Shown here piece by piece: positions 46,666 through 55,349 of a DNA stretch of 64,000 bases. Below the pieces are notes generated by a model. The model worked only from the letters and a program-made list of their open reading frames with translations. It did not search any database and had not been told where the DNA came from. Origin of the DNA: Thermoanaerobaculia bacterium (GTDB lineage: Bacteria; Acidobacteriota; Thermoanaerobaculia; UBA5066; Gp7-AA6); assembly GCA_036505535.1 (NCBI GenBank), contig DASXTI010000062.1, forward strand, positions 124,585 through 188,584. Direction: 5' to 3'. Every line of letters starts with the position of its first letter. Within the stretch, counting starts at the first letter, position 1. A program made the position numbers and the translations under genes.

Positions 46666-47573
46666 GCGCCCGCCCCGAGGCGCGCTCCTGGGAGATCCAT
46701 CTCGCGCTCATCGGGGCCCAGACGGGGTTCGCCCTCTTTCCGATCTTCGGCAAGCTCGCGCTAGCCTCGATCGGCCCCTTTCCCTTCGCCGCCTTCCGCG
46801 TCGTGGCGGCCGCGACGCTGCTCGAGGGGATCCGTCGCGTTGGCCCTCGCGAGGAGATCCGGCGTGCCGATCGGCCCCGGATATTCTTCTACGGCCTTCT
46901 CGGCGTCTCCTTCAATCAACTGCTCTTCATCTTCGGACTCTTCTTCACGACGGCGATCGCCACCAGCATCTTGACCGCGACGATTCCAGTCTTCACGCTT
47001 GCCGCGGCCGTCATGCTCGGGCGCGAACGCATGACCGGCCGCGCCGCCGCCGGTATCGTCCTGGCGGGGGGCGGAGCGCTCGCGCTCTTGAACGCGCAGC
47101 GGTTCGACCTCGGGAACACGTCCTTCCGCGGGGATCTACTGCTGCTCGCCAACGCGACCTCGTATTCGCTCTATCTTGTGCTTTCGCGACCGGTCCTCGC
47201 GCACTATCGTGTTGCCACCTTCACCGCGGCCGTCTTCCGCTACGGTGCCGTATTCATCGTGCTCGTCGCTCTGCCGGCGCTTCGGCGGTTCGAGCCCTCG
47301 CGAGTCACGTCGCTGGCCTGGGGTTCGCTCGTGGCGGTCATCCTCTTCTGCACCGTCTTCCCCTACCTCGCGAACTCGTGGGCTCTCGCCCGCACCCATG
47401 CATCGCACGTCGCCTTCTACGTCTTCCTTCAGCCCCTCATCTCGACGGTCCTCGCGATCCTCATCCTGGGCGAGGCGCTGACGAAGAGGACGTTGCTCGC
47501 GGCGATCCTGATCCTTGCTGGCCTCGGCGTGGCGGTGGCCAGGGGGCGTCTGCCGGCTCGCCCGCTGCCATGA
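46662..47573 (+). CDS. EamA/DMT-family transporter
   Basis: 10 TM helices in two EamA repeats. GTGA overlap with ygfZ stop and ATGA overlap with GT2 start. Confidence 0.75.
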   Translation: MSARPEARSWEIHLALIGAQTGFALFPIFGKLALASIGPFPFAAFRVVAAATLLEGIRRVGPREEIRRADRPRIFFYGLLGVSFNQLLFIFGLFFTTAIATSILTATIPVFTLAAAVMLGRERMTGRAAAGIVLAGGGALALLNAQRFDLGNTSFRGDLLLLANATSYSLYLVLSRPVLAHYRVATFTAAVFRYGAVFIVLVALPALRRFEPSRVTSLAWGSLVAVILFCTVFPYLANSWALARTHASHVAFYVFLQPLISTVLAILILGEALTKRTLLAAILILAGLGVAVARGRLPARPLP

Positions 47574-48280
47574 AGAACGGCCGGCCGCGCGTCGCCGTGC
47601 TCATTCCTGTCTTCAACGAGCGCGAATCCCTCCCGCTCGTCGTCGCCGCGATTCCGAAGGCGGTCGTCGACGAGATCGTCGTCGTGGACAACGGCTCGAC
47701 CGACGGCACCGACGCGATTGCCCGGGATCTTCCGGTACGCCTGGTGCGGGAGCGACGGCGGGGCTACGGCAGCGCGTGCCTCGCCGGCGTCGAGGCGTTG
47801 GGGGGGACGCCCCCGGACGTGCTGGTCTTTCTAGACGGCGATTTTTCGGATCACCCCGACGAGATGCCGCGCCTGCTCGAGGCGATCGCGGAGGGCGCGG
47901 ACCTTGTCATCGGATCCCGGACTGCCGGCCGGCGGGAACGCGGAGCGCTGGCGCCCCAGGCGCGCTTCGGAAACGTGCTCGCCTGCCTCTTGATCCGGCT
48001 CCTGTACGGCTACCGGTACACGGACCTGGGTCCCTTCCGTGCGATCCGCTGGGAGGCCTACCGGCGGCTCGGCATGGAGGACACCGATTTCGGCTGGACC
48101 TCTGAAATGCAGGTCAAGGCCGTGCGCCGCGGGTTGCGGGTTGCGGAGGTTCCCGTTTCCTATCGGCGGCGCGTGGGCGTATCGAAGATCACGGGCACGC
48201 TCGCCGGAAGCCTCCGTGCGGGCGCCAAGATCCTGTGGACGATCGTCCGATACGGCATTGGGAGGTCGCGCAATATATAA
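47570..48280 (+). CDS. family-2 glycosyltransferase (polyprenol-phosphate sugar transferase-like)
   Basis: VLIPVFNERE, VVDNGSTDGT, FLDGDFSD (DxD) motifs. N-terminal 2/3 of track ORF 46076..48280 is shadow. Confidence 0.85.
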   Translation: MKNGRPRVAVLIPVFNERESLPLVVAAIPKAVVDEIVVVDNGSTDGTDAIARDLPVRLVRERRRGYGSACLAGVEALGGTPPDVLVFLDGDFSDHPDEMPRLLEAIAEGADLVIGSRTAGRRERGALAPQARFGNVLACLLIRLLYGYRYTDLGPFRAIRWEAYRRLGMEDTDFGWTSEMQVKAVRRGLRVAEVPVSYRRRVGVSKITGTLAGSLRAGAKILWTIVRYGIGRSRNI

Positions 48281-48296
48281 GCATTCACTTATATAT
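48273..48296. repeat. AT-rich palindrome ATATATAAG-cattca-CTTATATAT (copy 3) containing both convergent stop codons
   Basis: TAA of the GT2 gene (48278-48280) and TAA of the minus-strand ABM-like gene (48289-48291) lie in opposite arms. Confidence 0.8.
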
Positions 48297-48600
48297 CAGG
48301 GCCGATGAGCACCTCGTAATGCGTCACGTTCGGCTCGAGCTCCAAAAGGAAGGCGGTATCCTCCGGATAATAGCGCGCGCGCTCGATCTCCTCGCCGGCA
48401 AACGTCCGGATCGCGTCGGCCGACTCCCAGAGCGAGACGAGCAGAAAGTGTGCGACCTCCCCCTCCCGCCGCTGGAGCACGTAGACGCCACGGTTTCCGG
48501 GCGTCGCTCGGTAGTCGGGGACCCCGGTCTTCTCCAGATAGCGAGCGTAGTCGGCGGCTTTGGCCACGGGCACCGCGCCGTGCCACAAGCGAGCGATCAT
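48289..48600 (-). CDS. small ABM-like (antibiotic biosynthesis monooxygenase fold) protein
   Basis: ~100-aa ferredoxin-like pattern (MIARLWHGAV...FLLVSLWESADAIRTFAGEE). ATGA overlap with ybgC-like gene. The upstream 100 codons were rejected. Confidence 0.5.
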   Translation of the reverse strand: MIARLWHGAVPVAKAADYARYLEKTGVPDYRATPGNRGVYVLQRREGEVAHFLLVSLWESADAIRTFAGEEIERARYYPEDTAFLLELEPNVTHYEVLIGPDI

Positions 48601-49043
48601 GGAGCCTCCCATCGGTTCACGCCTCGGAACGACTCGAGCGTCCGGAGGACGGTGGCATCCCCGCGCCGGGGTCGGCCGTCCGGATCGGTGAAGACGTGGC
48701 GGCTGGCGCCGTCGGCGAGGAGATCGCCGGCCGGATTGCGGATTTCGTAGGCGAACGTGCATCCCCGGCTCGAAAGCTCCCTCATGCGCGTGAGGATCCG
48801 GATTAAGTCGTCGTAGCTCGACGTCCGCCGGAACGCGCACTCCACACGGGTGACCGGAATCAATAGACCCGATCGCTCCATCTCCGCGTACGGCGCCCCC
48901 GCCGCCCGGCACCACTCGGTGCGCCCGATCTCGAACCAGATCAAATAGTGGGCGTGATAGACGATTCCCATCTGGTCCGTTTCGGAGTAGCGCACGCGCA
49001 GGTTCGTCTCGACGACGCGCGAGACTTCGGGCTCATGTCTCAT
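48597..49043 (-). CDS. YbgC/4HBT-family acyl-CoA thioesterase
   Basis: Hotdog fold with ETDQMGIVYHAHYLIWFE motif. Confidence 0.8.
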   Translation of the reverse strand: MRHEPEVSRVVETNLRVRYSETDQMGIVYHAHYLIWFEIGRTEWCRAAGAPYAEMERSGLLIPVTRVECAFRRTSSYDDLIRILTRMRELSSRGCTFAYEIRNPAGDLLADGASRHVFTDPDGRPRRGDATVLRTLESFRGVNRWEAP

Positions 49044-49074
49044 GTCTCAGGTCCAAGGCTCCGTCAAGCGCGAG

Positions 49075-49554
49075 TCAGAACCGGTCGGCGAGCCGCTGCC
49101 TCACCAGGTTGGGGACGAGACCCGTCATGTCGCCCCCCAGCCGGGCGAGCTCTTTGACGAGGCGGCTGGAGACATAGGAGTACTCCTCCTTGGCCATGAG
49201 AAAGACGGTCTCGATTCCCGGCGCTAATCGCCGGTTCATCAATGCCATCTGCAGCTCGTACTCGTAATCCGATACCGCCCGCAATCCCCGCACGATGATG
49301 GTGGCTCCCGACGCCTTCGCGAAATCGACGAGCAGTCCCGTAAAGGAGCTGACCGATATCGAAGCGTCGCCTCCTACGATCTCCCGGATCATCCCCAATC
49401 GCTCCTCGACGGTGAAGAGCGGCGTCTTCTGGTCCTGCTCGAGAATCGCGACGATCACGCGGTCCGCCAGGCGTCTGCCGCGCGCCAGAATGTCTAGGTG
49501 TCCGTTGGTCAGGGGATCAAAGGAGCCGGGATAGACGGCAATGCGCTCCGTCAT
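49075..49554 (-). CDS. coaD: phosphopantetheine adenylyltransferase
   Basis: AVYPGSFDPLTNGHLDI (H/T-x-GH) and ISSSLVR-like C-terminal motif. Confidence 0.9.
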   Translation of the reverse strand: MTERIAVYPGSFDPLTNGHLDILARGRRLADRVIVAILEQDQKTPLFTVEERLGMIREIVGGDASISVSSFTGLLVDFAKASGATIIVRGLRAVSDYEYELQMALMNRRLAPGIETVFLMAKEEYSYVSSRLVKELARLGGDMTGLVPNLVRQRLADRF

Positions 49555-50372
49555 GCTTTCCTTCCCCCTTCGGTTGTGGCGGCGCGAAGCCCTTCGGCCA
49601 GCAGATTATAGGCGGACACCGTCAGGAACAACGCCAGCCCCGGGAAGAGCGCTATCCACCAGGCTTCCTCGATAGAGTTGGGCGCCGCCGACAGAATCCC
49701 GCCCCAGGAGGTCGCCGGAGCCGGGAGTCCCACGCCCAGGAAGGAGAGAGAGGCCTCCGCGAGAATCGCCCAGCCCACGCCGAAGGCCGCCGACACGATC
49801 AACGGCGCGAGCGCGTTGGGAAGCAAGTGTCGAACCAGAATTCGCGGGGTCGAGGCCCCCATGACCTTGGCCGCCCGGGCGTAGTCGAGCTCGCGGATCT
49901 TTTGGATCTCAGAGCGGGCGTATCGTGCGTCGTTGGCCCACGTGGTCAGCCCGATCGCGAAAATGACCGTCCACGGCGAAGGGGGCAGCAGCGCCGCCAG
50001 CGCCAGGAGCAAGAAGAGAACCGGGAAACACAACATCACCTCGATCAGCCGCGAGAGCGCCAGATCCACCCCCCCGCCGAAATACCCGGCCGTGGCCCCG
50101 ATCGCGAATCCCACGGTGAGCGAGACGGCGGCCGCCACGAGCCCAATCGCGAGCGAGATCGGAGTCGCCGCGATGATCCGCGCCAAGAGATCGCGCCCCA
50201 GATCGTCGGTTCCGCACCAGTGGTCCGCCGATGGCGGGCGCAGACGCTCCTCGAGGCGAATCGCACGGGATCTCTCGAGAAAGAGGGGGGAGCATGCGGC
50301 GACGATCCAGAGGAGGAGGACGATGCCCAGAGCCACGCGAGCGCTCGCCGGGAGTCGCGCCACGCGAAACAC
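49551..50372 (-). CDS. peptide/nickel ABC transporter permease (DppC/OppC-like)
   Basis: EAA-loop region (ELDYARAAKVMGAS) and 6 TM helices. Confidence 0.85.
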   Translation of the reverse strand: MFRVARLPASARVALGIVLLLWIVAACSPLFLERSRAIRLEERLRPPSADHWCGTDDLGRDLLARIIAATPISLAIGLVAAAVSLTVGFAIGATAGYFGGGVDLALSRLIEVMLCFPVLFLLLALAALLPPSPWTVIFAIGLTTWANDARYARSEIQKIRELDYARAAKVMGASTPRILVRHLLPNALAPLIVSAAFGVGWAILAEASLSFLGVGLPAPATSWGGILSAAPNSIEEAWWIALFPGLALFLTVSAYNLLAEGLRAATTEGGRKA

Positions 50373-50384
50373 GCGCCACGACTC

Positions 50385-51359
50385 CTAGCTCGCCGCGCCG
50401 TCGCGGACGCGGGGATCGGCCGCCGCGGCGGCGAGGTCGGAGGCGAGTGTCGCCAGAAGAGTGACGATGGCGGAGAGCAGCGAAAGGGCCAAGATGACGG
50501 GATAGTCGCGCGAGAGGATCGAGTCGAAGTAGAGGCGCCCCAGGCCCGGCCATGCAAAGATCCTCTCGACGATCACGCTTCCGGAAAGCAGCGCCGGCAG
50601 GAGCAAACCGAACAACGTGATCAGAGGCAGCAGCGCGTTGCGGAAGGCATGCCTCCACAGGGCCTCGCGCATCGAGGCGCCCCGCGCGCGCGCGGCCAGC
50701 ATGTAATCGCTGGTGCGCGCCTCCGCGACGCCGGCGCGAATCAAGCGCGCGACGAAGGCAAGCGTGCCGTAAGTCAGGCAAGTCACGGGGAGCGCGAGAT
50801 GAGAGAGCCGGTCGAAGACGCCGGCCGGGCCGGCCGGGGCCGTGTCCGAAGCCACACCGTAGAGCGGAAGCCACCGCAGCTGCACGGCGAAGAGGGTCTG
50901 TGCGAGCAGGGCCGCCCAGAACGTCGGCAGGGAATAGAGGGCGAACAGCGCCGCGCCCGAAACGCGATCGAAGGCCCCCTCGGGGTTGCCGCCGGCGATC
51001 ACGCCGAGGGGAATGGCGAAAGCGAGCGCCAGAAGCAGGGCGACGCCGTTGAGCAGGAGGGTGTTCGGGAGGGCCTCCCGGATGCGCTCGGAGACCGGCC
51101 GGTGATCGACGAACGACTCCCCCATGTCGAATCGAACGACGCGGCCCATCCACATCAAGAATCGTTCCGGCAACGGCCGATCGAGCCCGTAGAGGCGGCG
51201 CATCTCCTCCATGCTGCGTCCGGAGGCCCTCCGCACCGAATCGGGTCCTCCGGAGATGGGGCTGCCCGGAGCCAGATGGACTAGCAGGAAGACAACCAGC
51301 GCGATTCCGAAGAGCGTGGGAACGGCGAGCAGCAATCGCCGGACGACGTAGGCGATCAC
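50385..51359 (-). CDS. peptide/nickel ABC transporter permease (DppB/OppB-like)
   Basis: GTG start VIAYVVRRLL (GTGA overlap with SBP stop). EAA loop SDYMLAARARGAS. The track ORF extends 230 codons further upstream as shadow. Confidence 0.8.
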   Translation of the reverse strand: MIAYVVRRLLLAVPTLFGIALVVFLLVHLAPGSPISGGPDSVRRASGRSMEEMRRLYGLDRPLPERFLMWMGRVVRFDMGESFVDHRPVSERIREALPNTLLLNGVALLLALAFAIPLGVIAGGNPEGAFDRVSGAALFALYSLPTFWAALLAQTLFAVQLRWLPLYGVASDTAPAGPAGVFDRLSHLALPVTCLTYGTLAFVARLIRAGVAEARTSDYMLAARARGASMREALWRHAFRNALLPLITLFGLLLPALLSGSVIVERIFAWPGLGRLYFDSILSRDYPVILALSLLSAIVTLLATLASDLAAAAADPRVRDGAAS

Positions 51360-53098
51360 GTCCCCGGCCTCCGTGCTGGGGGTTCGGGGGACCGCAAGGT
51401 CCCCCGGCTTTCTCGGGTCGGCTCCGGTGCAGCCCACCATTGCAGCGGCCCTGGCCAGATTCCATAGAGACCGAGGGGAGAAGTCACGAGTCCCCGGATG
51501 CGGCGCGAAAACGCGACCTTCTGCGAGGCATTCGCGACGAAGACTGCGGGAGCGTCGTCGCGGAAGATCCGGTGGAGCCGATGGAGCAGATCCCGACGTC
51601 GGTTCGAGTCCATTTCGCGGCGCGCCTCCTCCATGAGGCGATCCGCCTCGGGATTGCGGTAACAGCCGTCGTTCAGACCCTTCGGAGCGCACTGCGAGGA
51701 ATGCCAGTAGAAGTAGGGATCCGGGTTCGGATCGACCGCCGACCAGGCGAGCGAGGCGGCCTGGAATTCGCCGGCATCCACGCGCTCGACGAACGCCGCC
51801 CACTCCATCGTTCGCACGCGCGCCGTGATCCCCACGCGTGCGAGCTCCGCGGCGAGCATCTCGTCGATCTGCTGCCCGACCGTCGAGCCCGCCGAGACGA
51901 GCAGGTCGAACTCGAACTCGCGCCCTCCACGGTCGCGGATTCCGTTGCGGTTGGTATCCGTCCATCCCGCCTCGTCGAGGAGCTTCGCGGCGGCCGCCCG
52001 GTCGAACGGAAGCGGCGCGATGCTCGCGTCGTAGGCCGGCGAGTCGGGGGCCCACGGCCCCGAGATGATCCGGGCGGAGCCCTTGTAGAGATTGCGGATG
52101 ATCGAGGCTCGGTCGAGCAGCATCGTCAGCGCCCGCCGCACGCGGGCGTCGGCAAAGAAGGGGGAACGGTTGTTCAGCGTGATGTAGTTGTAATCGAGAT
52201 TGTAGAACTCGACGACCCGGCAGCAGACGGCGAAGGCCGGATCCTTCGCTCCCCTCTCCTTCATCGCAGAATCAATCTGGTCCTCGTCGAGCTCCCCGTT
52301 GACGAGCAGGCGATAGGCCGTAGTGTGGTCCGGAAGAATCCGAAAGACGATCCGGTCGAAGTGTCCCCGCGGCCCGGCAAAGCGCGGGTTTCGCTCGAGC
52401 TCGACGGACTCCTGCGTCCGCCACGAGACGACGCGGTAAGGACCGTCGGACAGCGGAGAGCGGTTCTCACGGGATTTCAGAAACGCCGATGCGCCCGGCT
52501 TCGGAAATCGGTGCTCCGGAAGCAACGGCAGGACGAACGCCATCGTCCGAAAGGCATAGGGCTTACGGAAGCGGACATGGAAGCGACGCGCATCGAGCGC
52601 CTCCACCGAGTCGAGGTCCTCGTACAACGGCTTGAAAACGGGGGCCGCCACGCCCGGATCTACGACCTTGCGGATCGTGAAGACCGCGTCTCGCGCCGTG
52701 ACGGGCCGGCCATCCTCCCACGTCGACTCGGCCCGGATCGTGATCGTGTAATCACGCCCGTCGGCCGACGCCTCGACCCCCTCGGCGAGGCTCGCGTTGA
52801 GGTTCAGGCTCGCGTCGAAGTCGAAGAGGTTGCGGACAACATATTGCAGCACCTGCGCTTCCGGAGCGCTCGACTGCAGAACGGCATTGAGGGTCGTCGG
52901 CTCCCCGACCAGCCGGCGATACAGAACCCCTCCCTCCACCGGCGGGCCCTCCTGCGATTCGTCGATGAAACCCAGCACGGGAGTCGGCGCGGCTGCCGAA
53001 GCGGGTGTCGTGATCCGGAGAGGAATGCGCTCTTCCCGGGCGCGGCAGGCGGCTCCGAACAACAATCCCAGGGCTCCCACGACGGCAGCGCGCTTCAT
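51356..53098 (-). CDS. ABC transporter substrate-binding protein, family 5 (peptide/nickel)
   Basis: Signal peptide with lipobox-like LLFGAAC. SBP_bac_5 architecture. Confidence 0.85.
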   Translation of the reverse strand: MKRAAVVGALGLLFGAACRAREERIPLRITTPASAAAPTPVLGFIDESQEGPPVEGGVLYRRLVGEPTTLNAVLQSSAPEAQVLQYVVRNLFDFDASLNLNASLAEGVEASADGRDYTITIRAESTWEDGRPVTARDAVFTIRKVVDPGVAAPVFKPLYEDLDSVEALDARRFHVRFRKPYAFRTMAFVLPLLPEHRFPKPGASAFLKSRENRSPLSDGPYRVVSWRTQESVELERNPRFAGPRGHFDRIVFRILPDHTTAYRLLVNGELDEDQIDSAMKERGAKDPAFAVCCRVVEFYNLDYNYITLNNRSPFFADARVRRALTMLLDRASIIRNLYKGSARIISGPWAPDSPAYDASIAPLPFDRAAAAKLLDEAGWTDTNRNGIRDRGGREFEFDLLVSAGSTVGQQIDEMLAAELARVGITARVRTMEWAAFVERVDAGEFQAASLAWSAVDPNPDPYFYWHSSQCAPKGLNDGCYRNPEADRLMEEARREMDSNRRRDLLHRLHRIFRDDAPAVFVANASQKVAFSRRIRGLVTSPLGLYGIWPGPLQWWAAPEPTRESRGTLRSPEPPARRPGT

Positions 53099-53171
53099 GT
53101 CGGCGGGATTATGACCGAGACTTGAGAGCGGGAACTCGAGACGCCAGGCGCCTTAACTCGAGGGTCGTTTG

Positions 53172-55349
53172 TTACGGCGCCGAAAAAGACGCCACTGCGA
53201 CGTTGCGCGAAGCATCGGTAACGCGGATCAGCAGATAGCCGCCGCGGACCTCCGGGGGAAGATGGATCACGTAGGATTCCTTCATGGAATCGGAGAGGCC
53301 GTCCTTCGGCTCGACGCGCGTCCACCTCTTCGCGTCGACGCTGTACTCGGCTTCCAGAAGCGGTGAGGCCGCATCCGAAGCCTCGAACTCGAAAACGCCG
53401 GGATCGCTCGAGACCTGTCGGATCGCGGGAGGCGTATTGTCGACTCGGACGGACGAAGACTCGCGCGAGGTCGTCTTCGCTTCGCCGGGATTCGCCTCGG
53501 CGTCCGAAGCCGACACGCGAAAGACGTAGTCCCCGTCCGGAACCGAGGTCGAATCGAAGGAATAAGAAGTATCGCGAAGCTCCTTCTTCAAGGAGATCCA
53601 CTTCTTGGCGCCAACCGGACGAAACTCGAGCTCGTAGGTCAGGGCATCTCCATCGGGGTCCGACGCCTTCCACGTCAGTGTCCGATACCCCTTGCGGAAG
53701 AGCTTGCGCGGCGATCCCTCCGACTTGGACTCCTCGAGGCTCGTGAAGATCCCTCGCTCGTCGGGAGCGGAGGCTTCGAAGACGTTCGATCCGCTCGAGC
53801 CCGACCGCACCAGAACCTCCGAGGGATCGAGCGCCGCCAGACTATCGACGACCGGCGCCGCGTTGTGGTTTCGATAGGCAGCTTCCGTGCGATGCACCCG
53901 CGGCGAGGCCCCTTCGTCGCTCGTCATGCGCACCTTCCACTGAAGGAACCGGCCATCCGGCGCGTCGACTTTGAGCGTTCGATCCCCTCCGGCAAGAGTC
54001 GACCACGGGCTCCAGGTCGAGTCGGGCATGGCGGACTCCCCCGAGCGGAAGGCGAATTCGACCTTCGAGCCGGATGGAGCTTCCCCCTCCCAGCGGAAGG
54101 CTCCAAAACGGCTGGTGCGTCCCGTGTCCTTCACGGGCGAGACGTACTCGCCCGTCACGGCTCCACCCTTCGGCCGATAGAAGGCGCTCGATCCGTTGGT
54201 GCCGACGTCCTCACCCACGAGAAAGGTCAGTTGTTTCTCGTCGAAGGTCCGCAGCAGGGCCGAGGAGTCGGCGGCGACGGCGTAGAGCTTCCCCTTTGGC
54301 CCGGTGGCCGCGATGACTCCGCTGCCGTCAGCGTCGCGCGCCAGATCGAACACGACTTCATCGGCGCTCGACCAGACGGGCCGCGGAGGCTCTCCCTCCT
54401 CGAACAGAACCACTTCTGAGGAATACCCCCCCCGAGAAGAACCCCGCGAGGGAGCGAGGCGGGGGGCGGAGACGCTCACCGTGACCTCGGCCTTGCCCTT
54501 GTCCTCGTCGTCGCCGGCCGCGCCGCTCCTCGACGTCTTCGTCGTCGGGTTGGCGACGGGAACCGAAACGGGCTCCCCCCCGCCGGGGGCGATGTCCGCC
54601 GCCCCCACGGCGGCCCAGACGCGGCCCAGACGGTCCGCTGCGATCGACGTCACCTCGGGCTTTCCGGAATCGTAGAGCGTGGCGACTCGTCCCGTCTTAT
54701 CGACGCGCAGCACCAGGCCCGAGCCCGAAGTCCCCGCCCAAAGGCGCCCCTTTTCGTCCGCGAAGAGAGTCCGAACGTGCGCATCCGACGTGGCATGGAC
54801 CCGCTCCCCCTGACCCGCCGACTTCACGCGATGAATCTCCCCCGGGAGGCCGGTGGCCACGTAGAGGACCGGACCGTCGAAGGCGAGCGCCCAGACGTAC
54901 TGCGCTTTCGTGTCGTAGTACAAGAAGGGTTTTCCCTTCTCGATGCGATAGATCTTGCCGCCGGGCGAGGCGCCGGCGTAGAGGGCGCCATCGGGGCCCA
55001 TCCGCAAGGCCGTCACCTCTTTTTCGGCCAGCGTCGCATAAGTCTCGACCTTGCCGGACGAAGAGATGCGCAGGACCTTTCCCGAGTCCCCCGTTCCCAC
55101 GTAGACGTCCCCCCCGCGACCCGGAGCCGCGGCGAAGAGGATCGGCTCGACGACTCCGTCGACTTTCACGAGCGCCTTTCCGGCGCGTAGGCTCCCGTCC
55201 GCCCAGACCGAGACGCCGCGCGCCTCACCCAGAGAAAAGTCGGCCGCAGAGTCCAATTTCCAGATCCGGACGGCGGCCGCGTCGAGCGCCGGGGAGCACA
55301 GAGATAGGGCGAGGCCCAGAGCCAGAAAACCGGGGCCGCCCCGCCTCAC
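53172..55349 (-). CDS. secreted beta-propeller repeat protein
   Basis: Signal peptide. Repeated G.G.LY.A / DG.LY.A blades. C-terminal fibronectin/Ig-like beta-rich domains. Confidence 0.6.
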   Translation of the reverse strand: MRRGGPGFLALGLALSLCSPALDAAAVRIWKLDSAADFSLGEARGVSVWADGSLRAGKALVKVDGVVEPILFAAAPGRGGDVYVGTGDSGKVLRISSSGKVETYATLAEKEVTALRMGPDGALYAGASPGGKIYRIEKGKPFLYYDTKAQYVWALAFDGPVLYVATGLPGEIHRVKSAGQGERVHATSDAHVRTLFADEKGRLWAGTSGSGLVLRVDKTGRVATLYDSGKPEVTSIAADRLGRVWAAVGAADIAPGGGEPVSVPVANPTTKTSRSGAAGDDEDKGKAEVTVSVSAPRLAPSRGSSRGGYSSEVVLFEEGEPPRPVWSSADEVVFDLARDADGSGVIAATGPKGKLYAVAADSSALLRTFDEKQLTFLVGEDVGTNGSSAFYRPKGGAVTGEYVSPVKDTGRTSRFGAFRWEGEAPSGSKVEFAFRSGESAMPDSTWSPWSTLAGGDRTLKVDAPDGRFLQWKVRMTSDEGASPRVHRTEAAYRNHNAAPVVDSLAALDPSEVLVRSGSSGSNVFEASAPDERGIFTSLEESKSEGSPRKLFRKGYRTLTWKASDPDGDALTYELEFRPVGAKKWISLKKELRDTSYSFDSTSVPDGDYVFRVSASDAEANPGEAKTTSRESSSVRVDNTPPAIRQVSSDPGVFEFEASDAASPLLEAEYSVDAKRWTRVEPKDGLSDSMKESYVIHLPPEVRGGYLLIRVTDASRNVAVASFSAP

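Noticed and set aside
46076-47569. N-terminal two-thirds of 734-aa track ORF 46076..48280
   Set aside because: Arg/Ser/Pro-rich shadow over ygfZ and EamA genes. The GT2 gene starts at ATG 47570.
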